A stretch of DNA of 64,000 bases from the human T2T-CHM13v2.0 reference genome, Homo sapiens. The stretch is taken from NCBI RefSeq assembly GCF_009914755.1, contig NC_060928.1; one strand, given 5' to 3'. Position numbers and translations under genes: made by a program. A model generated the notes under the pieces. That model ran no database searches, was not told the DNA's origin, and saw nothing but the letters and a program-made list of their open reading frames with translations. Shown here piece by piece: positions 1 to 36,523 of this stretch (the first letter of the stretch is position 1; each line of letters opens with the position of its first letter).

Positions 1-1524
1 CTAAGGGGCAGATAAGTTCATGACCAAGCTTATAAAAATGAGAACCACTTAAAAGATCTCCAGTTTTATTCCTAAACCTATCTGTGCTGAAGAACTTTTT
101 GGATGCTTCCCACAGGACTGAAATTCCTGCCTCTAATTTGGACAATGACAGTTCTCTGTAATCCACAATTGAATGGTCACTGGAACATGTTAGACATGCA
201 ACATAGTCAAAGAATGCATAGATTAGGGTAACTGTGTCAATTATAAGTAAAACCCCATGTAGACTAATGTAACTCTATCTGTTAGGGAGATGTGTACTAG
301 CAACTGTCTTGTTGCAATATGTATATATGTATATATATATTTAGTTTTGAAAAAGTTAATGGCTTTTGTTATTGTCTCTTCAAAAATGTAATATAGTTTT
401 GTTACAGAAAATTAAGAAGCTAGAAAAAAAGTATAAAGAAAAAGACAAAAATTAGCTATAATCCCACCAAGTGAAATTAAGCTCTATACATATCCTGGCA
501 TCTCCCCCATCCCACAGCCCCCTCACCCACAGAAAGAACCTTTAATGTAGAACTGTCTGCAATCTTTTAAATATGCAACAAACACCATTCCTTGTCATCA
601 GACCTACCAGATTTTCTCATGGTGTGACTGTAACGTCTGAGGTTTCTGAAATACTTTAGAATTTATACATTCAAAGCAGTCACCTGGAGAGGTAATAACA
701 TTCATTTATTCAAATGCGGATGTTGAACATAGCAGATTTGTGACAATCTCTTACTGCTCACTTAGGGGAGGCATACAGCATATGACCATGGCCTGCTCTA
801 CGTCCTGTTTTTAGGATGGGAGAAAAGAGACCTCAGACACTCCTTCTGACTCCAAGGGTAAGGCAGTCAGAATGTATCTGGTGTGTACTCGAAGAGGAAA
901 CGTGCTGCACATTGGGACCCCAGGTCCTTTGGTTTAACCTGTCCTTTCTGAGGCGTGGGCATCCTGGAGTCCCTCAGAGATTTCTGACCCAGCCATCTCA
1001 GTAAGATCTGCTGTGTTCTGGAGGTGATGAGTGCTCTCCAGAGTTCATTTGAAAGTCAGGCCCTTCTCTATGTGCTCCTACCCCTGTGCCTGTCATTCTC
1101 TTTACTGTTGAGGAGGGACCTTAACTCCTGGCAGGTGAACTATAATTAAGATCAATGGATACTAAAGTAAGCCTATCAAAAATCTGGTTTTTGACAAAGA
1201 TTTGAATAGAATTTGGTCCTTGCCCTCAAGGATCTCACAGTATGATAAACTTGTCTTTGCTTTTTAAATTACAGTGCCGTTTCAGCAGTCAGGCACCTTT
1301 GGTACTTGACTGAATCTTGTTCTTTTCCAATATATTTCACATGAGACTTCATGTTATCTTGGACAACCACCTAATGAGAGTCCAGGCTGAAGTCTTCATT
1401 CCCCTTCTGCATGTTCTCCGCTGTTGGCTTTGTTCAGACCCTTCTTTCTTCTCATCTATCCTACTGTAATGGGCTTTACATTTTAAACATAGCTTGAAAT
1501 AACAAATCATGACTATAATACATG

Positions 1525-1721
1525 AAAACGGTTTGTATTTTGTTTTATTTTTATTTAGAAGTAGAGAATACAGTAATAGTGAGGCAGGAGAACAGGGAAT
1601 TAGGATAGCCAGGGGTAGGGGCATAAGCAAAGGAATAGCAGGTGCAGCCAGTTTGCATAAACAAGAGAACAGCAGGTGCAGCCGGTTCTAGGCAAGATCA
1701 GGCAGCATGCAGGCCACATCC

Positions 1722-1727
<6 letters not shown>
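1525..1727 (-). other. GYPB: GYPB terminal exon 6 (GCA TGA plus 3' UTR)
   Basis: ctttttatcacag|GCATGAGG acceptor; Ala codon and stop at 1727-1722; UTR runs to the tandem AATAAA. The 3' end is approximate. Confidence 0.9.
1544..1555 (-). terminator. Tandem polyadenylation signals AATAAA AATAAA
   Basis: Plus strand tttatt at 1544-1549 and 1550-1555, ~170 nt after the stop codon. Confidence 0.85.
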
Positions 1728-24703
<22,976 letters not shown>

Positions 24704-24758
24704 CCTGAGATCATGAGCTGGTTCCTGAAGTTAGTGCAAAAAAACTACCAAAGACAAC

Positions 24759-24845
24759 TGCAAGTGTCAGTGTCTGGCCTTAGCCTACTAGCTGTTATCT
24801 TCCAGGCCCACCTTCCTGCGGCCATCATCAGCTGATAGGCAGGGG
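24759..24845 (-). promoter_or_regulatory. GYPB erythroid proximal promoter (GATA in TATA position, Sp/KLF-like box, E-box/GATA)
   Basis: AGATAA (minus) at 24795-24800, about -37; GGAAGGTGGG at 24807-24816; CAGCTG at 24829-24834 overlapping TGATAG at 24833-24838, about -75; no TATA box. Matches the established glycophorin promoter layout. Confidence 0.85.
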
Positions 24846-26329
24846 AGGCATTTTAAATGATGCAAGTTGTTAAGCGCCTGTTAATAAAGATACATGGATA
24901 TCTTGGGGCTGTGAAAGTGGTAAGTACAATTTTCACTGCAAGGAACAGGTGGCTACTTGTGATATTAACTTTGCATAAGTTAAATGGGCATGGTAAGGTG
25001 GTAGACAGGAGCCACCCAACTGGACAAAGAACTGGACTGTGAATCTCTGAGGCCAGGGCACGTGCCAGGCTGAGGTAGCTGTTGTGGAGCCATGGACCTT
25101 CTCATTTCTAATGTCAAGACCCGGTGGTCCAAATGAAAGTGACTTCCTATATGTGAAATGAACATATTTGAGAAATTTAAATCATTTGAGTGTTCTGAGG
25201 TTCTGCAAGACTCCCAAACTCATGGTGAGTCACACAGCAATGTAAGAGACATGAGATGCAACAAATCTTTCAGTGAAAATAGAGTTTGAACTGAAGAGCT
25301 AGTGCTGTGCAGCTATGAAACCAGTGAGCTGTTTCTGTCTGAAATATACCTTGCTAAGTAAGCATAAATGAATACCAAGACAATAAATGCAAACAGTCAG
25401 AAACAAAACCCAACAAACCAAAAACCTTATCATTAAAGTAGGTTAAAATGAAAGGTATGGAAATGTGAGGACATTAAAGGGAGACAGAACAAAAAATATA
25501 AATTAGATCTGAAATGGTTCAACAGAAGGTGACTGGATACTCCATCTAAATCATCTTACTTCCTGTAAGATTTTTGTGAAAGTCTTTCCTGCCTGACCCA
25601 GAAAATCAATTTGCTATGTAAGCAATTTGCCACATATATCATACTTACATATTTACCCAAAGTGTGGTTTAAAAAAATCATTTATGAAGTTAATGTTTGC
25701 AGCTTCAGGAAACTGGACCACAGAGAAAAAAAAGTATTTACTGGATAAAAGATGGAGATAAGTATCAGCAGAGCATCCCAGAGAGGGAGGAGCCTGAGAT
25801 TGAGGCTCCTCTAATGGATGGAGGGAGTGGAGATGCAGACTTGGGAGAGACGGAAGAATGAATGACACAGACGGGGTAATCTGAGCAGCAAGAAAAGAAT
25901 CCAGAGTGCCTCTTAAGGCCCTGCCAATTCATGTAAAACAACTGCAGCAAATTTTACTAAAAAGTTAAAATTAAACAATACATAATAATTTAACACCTTC
26001 CATAAAGTCAGTGTTTGTTATGGCTGGATATCAGGTTGAGTTGCAGGAATTGTGCTCAAGAGTCAACCAAGTAAAGGAAATGTTGTTGATATTCATATAA
26101 GCAGTAAGAATTAATTCACATGATTTTATATTGACAAAGGGAGAGCGATTAGCATGAGTCTTAAAAATGCTATTTCTGAAAATGGATAAATAACTGTCAC
26201 TATTCTTACAATGGACTATTAGAGCAACTATTAAAATCATGTTTTCAAAAATAAAGATATAGAGACTCAGGATAAAATGGATACGTGGAAAACAGCAAGA
26301 TCTCAAAATTGTATATACACAAATAAAAT

Positions 26330-26678
26330 CCTATTTGATTCTTTTTTCCTCTGGGTTGTGCTGTCTTCACCTGGAATACACCTACTCCTTTTTAGGTGGC
26401 CTCCAATTCTGCTTAGGCTCTTAATTGAATAGTACTTCCTCCACAAAGCCTTCCCTGACTTCCTGTCTTTCTCAGGTGCCCCTGCTCTATACTTGTGTGG
26501 TTCCATCTTCTTCCCTTATCATAGGACTTATTACACTACATTGCAATCATTGTGTCTCCACTGGACTACAATTTTTAAGTGGACACACCCTGACTATGTC
26601 TATCTTATTTACCAATGAGTGCTTAGGGCACACTTGACAATAAATATTTCTCAAATCAATAAATGACAAATGAATATT
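26330..26678 (+). mobile_element. L2 3' end relic
   Basis: AAGCCTTCCCTGAC... and AATAAATATTT...AATGAAT terminus typical of L2. Confidence 0.6.
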
Positions 26679-28319
26679 GCAGTGCAAAGGAAAGCAACTT
26701 CTCACGGGCAGTCCTGGGTGTATAGGCTGATCATTTTTTATATATCCTACGGGTAACCTATGTCATATCCTAGCTTCAGGTTCCCTCCAGTATGGAGGTC
26801 CATTGCTAAGGCAGGAAGGGGAAAACGAAAAGGAAACTCAGCCTAAAATTCAGCTTTCATACCTCCTTCAGCCTGGACTGGTCAGAGTCTGAGAGTGCTT
26901 TCTTTTCCATGACCTCCCACTCTCCTTTCCTGCAGAATCACATCCTTAGCAATTTTCTAAACTCCTGTAGTGCTCACACATGCCTGTTTATTAACACCTG
27001 TCTCAGGTTGTTCGGAACAATCTGTTGCTTTGTATTTGTGGGTCCTGTCTCTGTTGTTCTGTTTCCAGCATCTGGCACAATGCCCTGTAGAGTACCTGGC
27101 CCTATTAAAGTAAGTCAAAACCTGGAGGGTTCTCAATGAGGAAATCAGAGGTCAGATTCAGCACCTCATACAGGGTGTGAGGAAGCAGAGCCATATAGTT
27201 CCCTCTAGTGGCGTATCTGCACAATGGAAGGAAAAAATGTGAGCCCCGTAAATGCAACAGAAAAAAATATACGTCAGATTACATTTTTCTCTTTCAGGCA
27301 TTCCCTAATCTTCTTTAAATTTTTCAAAAATATTTTTACTGAAATACACATTCAGAATTATCATAAAATTCTGCCTAAGAGCTATATCATGCAAATTATT
27401 AGACAAATCCACATCTTTTAAGAATTTTGACTCTGCATAAAATAAAAGAAGTACTTTTGAGGCATTTGATCAAACATAAAAAACTTATCCAATTTTCCTG
27501 ATACTACATGTCTTTAGGCTATTTTTTGAATTGCCTGAGTCATTTCTATGACGTAGTTAAGAAGGATGAAGTTCAATGTTATAATCTAGGAAAGGCAACT
27601 TGGATCGATCAACACAAACTTATACCTTGCTTGTTTCATGACAGAGAACCATTCATTTTTGTCAATTACTTACCTCTCAACTATTTCAGGCTTAGATTAT
27701 TCCTGAAGATGGTTGCATGCTAGTCTGATCTGCCAGTGGAGAAGTGTGCTTTTCATGTTTTGCATGGAGGAGTGGAGAACAGGGGAGGGGCAGGAAAGTG
27801 GAGGCACAGTGGTTTATACTACTATCCTCCTTGGCACCTCATCGCCTTAGAATTTTCCAGCCTCCTTTGCCAGAGTAGTCTAAGAACTTTCCCTGACCTT
27901 TGTTTGTTTATCATTTGAAATTTTTTTTAAATAAAAAAACAACTACAAGGTAAGATAAATGTAACGCTCAAAATAACCCTGTTAGAGAGGCAGAACAGAT
28001 ATTAGCATTCTTATTTTAAATATGAGCAAACTATGGAATGGAAAAGAGACTATGAGTGTATTACTTGATTTGATTTGCCCTAAGTGTTTTTTAAACGTAT
28101 GGATTTAGCTGCCAACATTTAAAAAGAAGGTATATTTTAATTAAAAATCAGGAATTGATTTAATTAAAAATTTGGCTCCTGTTACCGGAAGATCTGGCAA
28201 GAGTTAGCATGCAGTTCTACATTGTGACAATCCATGAGAGCTAAAGACTGGCTGTCTCTTGGGACAAATAGGCTTTCTTGAGTCTGGTAAGTGCTCCACC
28301 TGATGCTTGCTTCCATTTC

Positions 28320-28723
28320 TTAGATTAGGTTCTACTGTGGTAAGGCCTCAAAATCTCAGTGTCTTGCAGCAACACTGGTTCATTTCCTGCTCACATTACA
28401 TTTGGTCTATGACGGTGACAAGTTCCAGGATCCAGACTGAAGGAGCCACCCCCATTTGGAATATGCTGTTCTTGTTGCAAACTGGGGGAAAAAGGCCAAA
28501 TAAGGAATGGCTTTTAATGCTTCCTCTCAGACATGGTATGTGTTATTTTTTTTTCTCATATTCTATTAGCCAAAGTAAATCAGTGGCCAAGCTGACCTCA
28601 ACGGGACAAGTAAATATAATTCTTCCAAATGGAAGTCCTCCAAGTCATAGGTCAATGGTGAGGATATATAAAACACTTACAGGAAGGGCCCTAATAATTG
28701 GGAGCGAAAACACAATCCATCAC
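28320..28723 (-). mobile_element. Old MLT1-like MaLR LTR relic
   Basis: AAATCTCAGTG...CATTTCCTGCTCAC...TGGCCAAGCTGAC pattern; highly diverged. Confidence 0.5.
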
Positions 28724-29734
28724 ATTCATTTATACTCTTTCTAAGCTTTTGGCATTTGGGTTTGGAAATCTAATTTATTTAGGAGTCTCCTTCAACACCT
28801 TCTAGTGATGAGATTTCTTTAACCCAGTTTTCAGTTTCCTTTCTTTAAGATTATAATGAGATGTGATGTGCGTTGAAGAAACCCCAGAAGTGAGAAACTC
28901 TCATTACTACAATGGTGATGTAGACAGTGAAAAACTGTTCCCAGTTGCCTCTAAGTCCATTGTGCTATACTGCTGGAATCAGGTATCATACATGATCTTT
29001 CTGCTGAGAATTGATAGGTCCAGCTTGTTCTACATCCAAATAATAATTCAACAAATGATTTGTGAGCACCTACCGGGCACTGTGCCAAGTGTGGAAGACA
29101 CAACCTTCAGTAACTCAAGTTTCCCTTCAGGAACTGACAGCTTAATTGGGAAACAAATAAAGTAAGAAGGCAATTGCATTATGGAGTGTCAAGTGGATGA
29201 TAGTAGTAAGCAAAGGGTGTTATAAGAGTACATAAGAGGGGTACCTAACTCAGACTTGGGGTTCTGGAAAGGTTTTCCAGAGCAAGCAAGACCTAAAGGA
29301 TGAGTAGACAAGTCACGGGAGAAGTAAGAACATTTTAAGCAGAGAAAACAGCATGAGCAATGGTCTGATATCAAGAAAGAGAGAGATAGTGCAAGAATAC
29401 ACAATGTAGTAGTTTTCAAAACTGTTTGAAATTTTAATCTCACATTGGTTCTTTTCAATGTCTAGTATATCAATTCATTCTGCCGTTTACCTTTGTAAAG
29501 ATGAATTTAGCCCTGGTTCTCTATATGAATACTAGAGGAAGTATACTGATAAAAGAAAAGGAACAAATATGTAGTCATTTCTAAGATTTATTTTTATTAA
29601 AATGTAACACTCACAAACTAAGTGTATAACTCATATGTATATATACACACATACACACACACACACACATACATGAGTATATGTGTGAAACTGTCACTCA
29701 AATCAAGACATAGAACATTTCAGATGTATTCCAG

Positions 29735-31978
29735 AGATCATGGTGGATGGGAGGCAGGACTGGATTGCAGCTCCCACTTGAACAGACAAAGCAGCGTGTG
29801 GAGGCTTGTATCATGAACTTTGACTGCAGGAATAAATCAGGAAAGCTGAGAGAACCCACAGACCCTCTGAAGGAAGTGGATTGTTCCTGCAGGTCTCAGG
29901 AGACACCCCAAATGCTGTGGGAGCCCAAACTGCAAACTGTGGAAGTGGGAAAGGGGAATAGTCAGCTCCTGAACACACATCCTCACTGGGGAACCTAAAG
30001 GTCTAGATCACAGGAGAAGATTTTGACCTTACTTGGAGCTGAGTCAATTTAGAGAGCCAAGTGACATACACTGCTAGAGAAAGCAGCGCGAAAAGCCCTG
30101 TGGGCTCACTGGGTTCCCTAGCCATCCATTTCTGCCTTGCCTCACAGGGGTCCTTGAGGAGGGCTACCAGAGGCACTGGGAAATGGTCACAAAGAGAAGG
30201 AAACTTCCAGCTGAACTTTGTAACAATTTGAACAGATTGAGAAATCTCCTGGCCAGAACCTGGGGGAGGGCATGAATCCAGTGTGCAGACTCCACAGGTG
30301 GGGAAGTACCAAAGCCCTACTTGCTTTTGCAGCTGGGAGGCAGGTAGCCTGGGGCAGAATCTCAGCCCTGCTCACCCACTGCCTTGAAACAGACTCCGTG
30401 CTGTTGTAGGGGCTATGGTGGGAGTGAGACCAGCCCTTCGGGTTATGTGGGAGCTGGGTGAGGCCTATGACTTCAACTTCCCTGACAACCTGCATGAGAT
30501 AAAAATCAGGGATAAAAATCACTACAGCTCTGTCCTCAGGAAGCCACATCCCTAGGAAAAGTGGGAGAGTACTATATCAAGGGAACACCCTGTGGGACAA
30601 AAGAATCTGAACAACAGCCTTGAGCCCTAGACTTTCCCTCTGACAGAGCCTACCCAAAGGAGAAGGAACCAGAAAGCCAACTGTGGTAATATGACAAAAC
30701 AAGGTTTTTTAACACCCCCCCAAAATCTCACTAGCTCACCAGCAATGGATCCAAATGAAGAAGGAATCCCTGATTTACCTGGAAAAGAATTCAGAAGATT
30801 AGTTATTAAGCTAATCAAGGAGGTACCAGAAAAGGCAAAGCCCAATTTAAGGAAGTGAAAAAAAAATGATAGAAGAAATGAGGGGAGAAATTTTCAATTA
30901 AATAGATAGGATAAATAACAAACAATCAAAACTTCAGGAAAAAATGGATGCACTTATAGAAATGCAAAATGCTCTGGAAAGTCTCAGCAATAGATTCCAA
31001 CAAGTAAAAGAAAGAACTTCAGAGCTCGAAGACGAGGTTTTCAAATTAACCCAAACCAACAAAGACAAAGAAAAAAGAATAAGAAAATACAAGCAAAGCC
31101 TGCAAGAAATCTGGGATTATGTTAAACAACCAAACTAAGAATTATCAGCCTTCTTGAGGAAGAAGAGAAATCTAAGTTTGGAAAACATATTTTGGGGAAT
31201 AATCAAGGAAAACTTCCCAGCCTTGCTGGAGACCTAGACATCCAAATACAAGTTCAAAGAACACCTGGGAAATACATTGCAAAAAATCATTGCCTAGGCA
31301 CGTTGTCTTCAGGTTATCTAAAGTTAAGATGAGGGAAAGAATCTTAAGAGCTTTGAGGTAAAAGGACGAGTTAACCTATAAAGGAAAACCTATCAGATTA
31401 ACAGCAGATTTCTCAGCAGAAACTCTATAGACTAGAAGGGATTTCGGCCCTGTCTTCAGCCTCTTTAAACAAAATAATTATCAGGCAAGAATTTGTATCC
31501 ACCGAAACTAAGCTTCATAAATGGAGGAAAGATACAGTCTTTTTCAGACAAACAAATGCTGAGAGAATTTGGCACTACGAAGCCAGCACTACAGGAACTG
31601 CTAAAAGGAGCTATAAATGTTGAAAGAAATTCTGGAACAACATTAAAACAGAGCCTCTTTAAAGAGTAAATATTACAGGACCTATACAACAACAACAACA
31701 AACAAACAACAACAACTAAAAAACAAGGTATACAGGCAAGAAATAGCACAATGAATGGAATGGTACCTCATATCTCGATACTAACATTGAATATAAATGG
31801 CCTAAATGCTCCACTTAAAAGATACAGAATTAAAGAATGGATAAGAATTCATAAAGCAACTATCTGCTCCCTCCATGAGACTCAACTGACACATAAGGAC
31901 TCACATAAACTTAAGGTAAAGGGGTAGAAAAAGACATTCCATGCAAATGCAACCAGAAGCAAGCAGGAGTAGCTTTTC
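29735..31978 (+). mobile_element. L1PB-like 5' portion: 5' UTR, disrupted ORF1, start of ORF2 endonuclease; 3' part missing
   Basis: 5' UTR GATCATGG...GGGAGGCAGGACT; ORF1-like MDPNEEGIPDLPGKEFRRLVIKLI and LQEIWDYVK; ORF2 start ISILTLNINGLNAPLKRYR. Contains stops and frameshifts. Confidence 0.88.
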
Positions 31979-33259
31979 TTTTTTTTTTTTAATTTTATTA
32001 TTATTATACTTTAAGTTTGAGGGTACATGTGCACAACGTGCAGGTTTGTTACATATGTATACATGTGCCATGTTGGTGTGCTGCACCCATTTACTCATCA
32101 TTTAGCATTAGGCATATCTCCTAATGCTATCCCTCCCCACTCCCCCCACACCACAACAGTCCCTGGTGTGCGATGTTCCCCTTCCTGTGTCCATGTGTTC
32201 TCATTGTTCAATTCCTGCCTATGAGTGAGAACATGTGGTGTTTGGTTTTTTGTCCTTGCGGTAGTTTGCTGAGAATGATGGTTTCCAGTTTTATCCATGT
32301 CCCTACAAACGACATGAACTCATCATTTTTTATGGCTGCATAGTATTCCATGGTGTATATATGCCACATTTTCTTAATCCAGTCTATCATTGTTGGACAT
32401 TTAGGTTGGTTCCAAGTCTTTGCTATTGTGAATAGTGCTGCTATAAACATACGTGTGCATATGTCTTTATAGCAGCATGATTTATAATCCTTTGGGTATA
32501 TGCCCAGTAATGAGATGGCTGGGTCAAATGGTATTTCTAGTTCTAGATCCCTGAAGAATCGCCACGCTGACTTCCACAATGGTTGAACTAGTTTACAGTC
32601 CCACCAACAGTGAAAAAGTGTTCCTATTTCTCCACATCCTCTCCAGCACCTGTTGTTTCCTGACTTTTTAATGATCGCCATTCTAATTGGTGTGAGATGA
32701 TATCTCATTGTGGTTTTGATTTGCATTTCTCTGATGGTCAGTGATGATGAGCATTTTTTCATGTGTTTTTTGGCTGCATAAATGTCTTCTTTTGAGAAGT
32801 GTCTGTTCATATCCTTTGCCCACTTTTTGATGGGGTTGTTTGTTTTTTTCTTGTAAATTTGTTTGAGTTCATTGTAGATTCTGGATATTAGCCATTTGTC
32901 AGATGAGTAGGTTGCAAAAATGTTCTCCCATTCTGTAGGTTGCCTGTTCACTCTGATGGTAGTGTCTTTTGCTGTGCCAAAGTTCTTTAGTATAATTAGA
33001 TCCCATTTGTCCATTTTGGCTTTTGTTGCCATTGCTTTTGGTGTTTTAGACATGAAGTCCTTGCCCATGCCTATGTCCTGAATGCTATTGCCTAGGTTTT
33101 CTTCTAGGCTTTTTATGGTTTCAGGTCTAACATTTAAGTCTTTAATCCATCTTGAATTAATTTTTGTATAAGGTGTAAGGAAGGGATCCAGTTTCAGCTT
33201 TCTACATATGGCTAGCCAATTTTCCCAGCACCATTTATTAAATAGGGAATCCTTTCCCC
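31979..33259 (-). mobile_element. 5'-truncated L1PA (~1.3 kb), no TSD
   Basis: PolyT, L1PA 3' UTR and ~350 codons of open ORF2 C-terminus ([14 protein letters not shown]...HMFSLIGRN*). Confidence 0.95.
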
Positions 33260-33504
33260 GTGTGTTTAAAAGAATGTGATGCCTCCTCCCCACCCACTTG
33301 CTCCCTCTTGCTATGTGATACACCAGCTCTCCCTTTGCCTTCTACCATGATTGGGAAGCTTTGTGAGGCTTTCAACAGAAGCAGATGTCAGCACCATGTT
33401 CCCTGTACAGCCTGTAGAAACATAAGTCAAACTAAACCTCTTTTCTTTATAAATTTCCCAGCCTCAGGTATTCCTTTGTAGTAATGCAAAATGGACTAAC
33501 ATAC
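33260..33504 (+). mobile_element. MSTB-like MaLR LTR, 3' half only
   Basis: TGTTTAAAAG...TTGCCTTCTACCATGATTGGGAAGCT...TAAACCTCTTTTCTTTATAAAT...ATGGACTAACA; the 5' part is absent. Confidence 0.85.
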
Positions 33505-35079
33505 TGGGGGAGCCACATTATCTTCTTCCAAAAGCTGTTTCAAGACCTCTCCTCAATCACCTCTTTTATCAGAGCCCTGGTCCAGGGTGTGCACTGCCCA
33601 CCACTTTGCCCTACATGGAATTCATGGACAGAACCTCTTCTCATTCCTTCCCAGGGACAGCTAACACAAGACTATCATATATGAAATAATTTTACTAAGG
33701 GTTTAGAGACAATAGAGAGGAATTCCAGCAGAGAGGAGAAAACAACACTGTGTCTGAAGCCTGCAAGCCATCTTCATAGGGAATCCCCTCTCGGTCAGCT
33801 GTCTTCTTGGTCCTGGCCTGTCACTGTATTGCTATGATTCATTCCTCAGAATTGAATTCCTTCTCCTTTTTTTCTTTACTTCCTCAGGATTCCATACTCC
33901 TGGCTTTTCCTGTATTCTTCCTCAGTTGTTGAGGAAAAGCAGAATATTCCTTAGTTTTTCTTTTTAATCCCAAATTTCTGATTCAGAAAGGTACTCTCCT
34001 ACTTTATTAAGCAGGGTAATACATCTCTTTATTGACTATGTTTTATAACAAAAGTCTTTTTTAATGAAAAATCAGTTGTCTCTGTACTCCTGATAAATTC
34101 TACAGCCCCATCAAATAGTTTTTAAAATATAATATTTTTTCACCTACTCAGATAATTGCCTCTCAGTGTAACAAATACTATGGTGGAGGTAAGTGCAAAG
34201 TGAAAGCTGTTAGAGCTGGAATATAGGATCCGAGACCAGGCTGTAAACAGCTGGAGATGAGCCCCCAGCAAAGATTTTCTGCATAATGTAATATGAATTA
34301 TGAAGGATAAGTAAGAGTCAACAAATAAAAAGAGAAGGGAATAGTGGAAGGAGTAAATATGGTGACTAAATGTGGAATGTGCTGGCTTTGAAAGACTGTG
34401 GAATATTCAAGTGGAGTAAATGTCCAAATATCTATGATAATTGAAATCACTGGAAAGAGTAAGTTTAGCAAAAGTGAGAGGAAATAGGGCTAAAATGTAC
34501 ACTGGAGAACTGAACAAAGCATAGGAAGAAGAGTGGCCATAACAGGTCCAGAGAAGGAGTGGTGTTGGAGAAAGGAGAAATACCAGAGAAGGGAGGTGTT
34601 CCTAAAGTCACAGAAGGACAAGGAAAGAGGATTTTAAGAATGGAAAAACAGTCTTCAATACTGCAGAGGGATCAAGTAAGAATGATTAAGATCATCCACA
34701 GGGTTTAACACCGGCAATGTCATCCAGGCTCTTACATGATGAAGTTCTCCTAAGATGGGTCAGAGCTTGGCAGCCAGGTGCTCAAACTGAGATTTTTCTT
34801 CTCTTGAGACTCAGATTTCTGCTTACAATGTTGTACACTCAGACATTCATTCTGAAGTTCCAAACCTGGTCATGGAAGAGCAATACATTTCTCTTTGAAG
34901 TTTCTTTCTTGAGCAATAGGACATTTATAGCACTGACTCCTGTTGCCTTTGTTATCTCACAACAATACGAGTGTCTCTCCACCTAGTAACTCCTTCCTAC
35001 TAGTCTAGTCCTCAGTTGTTTTCCCCTTTACCTTTATTAGGAACTTAAGGGGAATAGGCAAGTCATAAATGAAATGAGT

Positions 35080-35636
35080 GTCCATTCCAGATCTATTAAA
35101 AATATAAGTCAAGTCACAATAGTTATTTGCTCAGAATCCTCTAATAGTTCCCCACTGTACTAAGAAAATCAGCCAAGGGCCTTACAGGGTCAGTCCTTCC
35201 TACCTCTTTGACCTCGTCTCCTTCAACTCTCCCCTTTAGTAATTCTGTCTTTTGGGCTGCTACTTCCACAAGTCAGACCTCAGGACCTTTTCCCTTTGAT
35301 GTATCCTTCTGGAATACTCCTTTGCTATATAATTTCTTGGCTCATGTCTCTTTTAAGATCTTTACTCAAATGTCACCCTTTAAAGATAGCTCCCTTGACT
35401 AACCTAAATTGCAACCAGTCCATAACAATCTTTTTCTTACTTCCCAGCTTTAATTTTTTCTGTAGTACTCATGACCATTTAACATACTATATACTCTTTA
35501 TCTCACTAGATGTAAGCTCCAGGAGAGAAGGATTTTTGATTATGTTTTTATTTCTGTATCTTCAGAATCTATAATAATTCCTGGCAGAAAATAGACTCTA
35601 AATAAATATTTGTTGAATAAATGAACGAATGAATAA
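35080..35636 (+). mobile_element. L2 3' relic
   Basis: CACTAGATGTAAGCTCC...AATAAATATTTGTTGAATAAATGAACGAATGAAT end. Confidence 0.7.
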
Positions 35637-36195
35637 TAAGCTGGTCACTCCTCTCCACCTGCTCGGTCATCCCTGCAGGTATCCCCACCTGCTAATAACT
35701 CCTCTCCACCTAACTAGGGGCTTCTGTGGCCCTGGGGACCTACAGTCATCCTAAGACCATCTGACTAGTAGGGGATGGGAGAGTGGTAGTGGGGCATGAA
35801 AGGTGGGATGTAGGAGAGAACACAGAGGAAGATTTCAAAGTGGGAAGAGTTGGGGAGAGCTCAGTCAGGTTCTATTGGCTGCAAAATTGGAGATTAAAGC
35901 AAGTAAACAAATATTTATTCATAGGTGTAAGGATTTGTTTCAAGAAGGGCAATTTGAAGGGTACCGAGGGCTCCGGTCCAGTAGAGTTGATACTGCAACT
36001 TTTCCCTCAGTTCCTTTGGCTCTGCTTTTACCCTTCACTTATCCTATCTTTCTTTCAAATTTCAAACTTTTCTTTAAAAAATGCTACTGCCCTGTGTTGC
36101 CACTTTCTGCTGTCAGCTTGGTTGTTGAAGTAGAACATGCAGACAAACCACAGGAAGCTTATCTTTTGTGCAAGTCAGTAGCTGAGATGAGTTTC

Positions 36196-36523
36196 TTTTT
36201 TTTATTATTATACTTTACATTCTGGGATACATGAGCAGAACATGCAGGTTTGTTACCTAGGTATACACATGCTATGGTGGTTTGCTGCACCCATCATCCC
36301 ATCATCTGCATTAGATATTTCTCCTAATGCTATCCCTCCCCTAGCTCCCCACCCTCGACAGGCCCGGGGTGTATGATGTTCCCCTCCATGTGTCCACGTG
36401 TTCTCATTGTTCAACTCCCACTTATGAGTGAGAACATGCGGTGTTTGATTTTCAGTTCCTGTGTTAGTTTGCTAAGAATGATGGTTTCCAGATTCATTTA
36501 TGTCCCTGCAAAGGAGATGAACT
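36196..36523 (-). mobile_element. Short 5'-truncated L1PA (~330 bp)
   Basis: L1PA 3' UTR in reverse orientation; TSD CTGAGATGAGTT. Confidence 0.92.

Noticed and set aside
1349-1630. 93-aa minus ORF in and after the 3' UTR
   Set aside because: It runs across the polyA signals, so it is not contained in the mature mRNA. No homology recognised.
28307-28744. 145-aa ORF upstream of the promoter
   Set aside because: It overlaps an old MLT1-like relic and starts with TTG. No splice structure or recognisable domain.
32208-33323. 371-aa ORF, the longest in the window
   Set aside because: It is the C-terminal part of L1 ORF2 with an N-terminus read through from LTR sequence. It lacks the endonuclease and RT core and is not a host gene.
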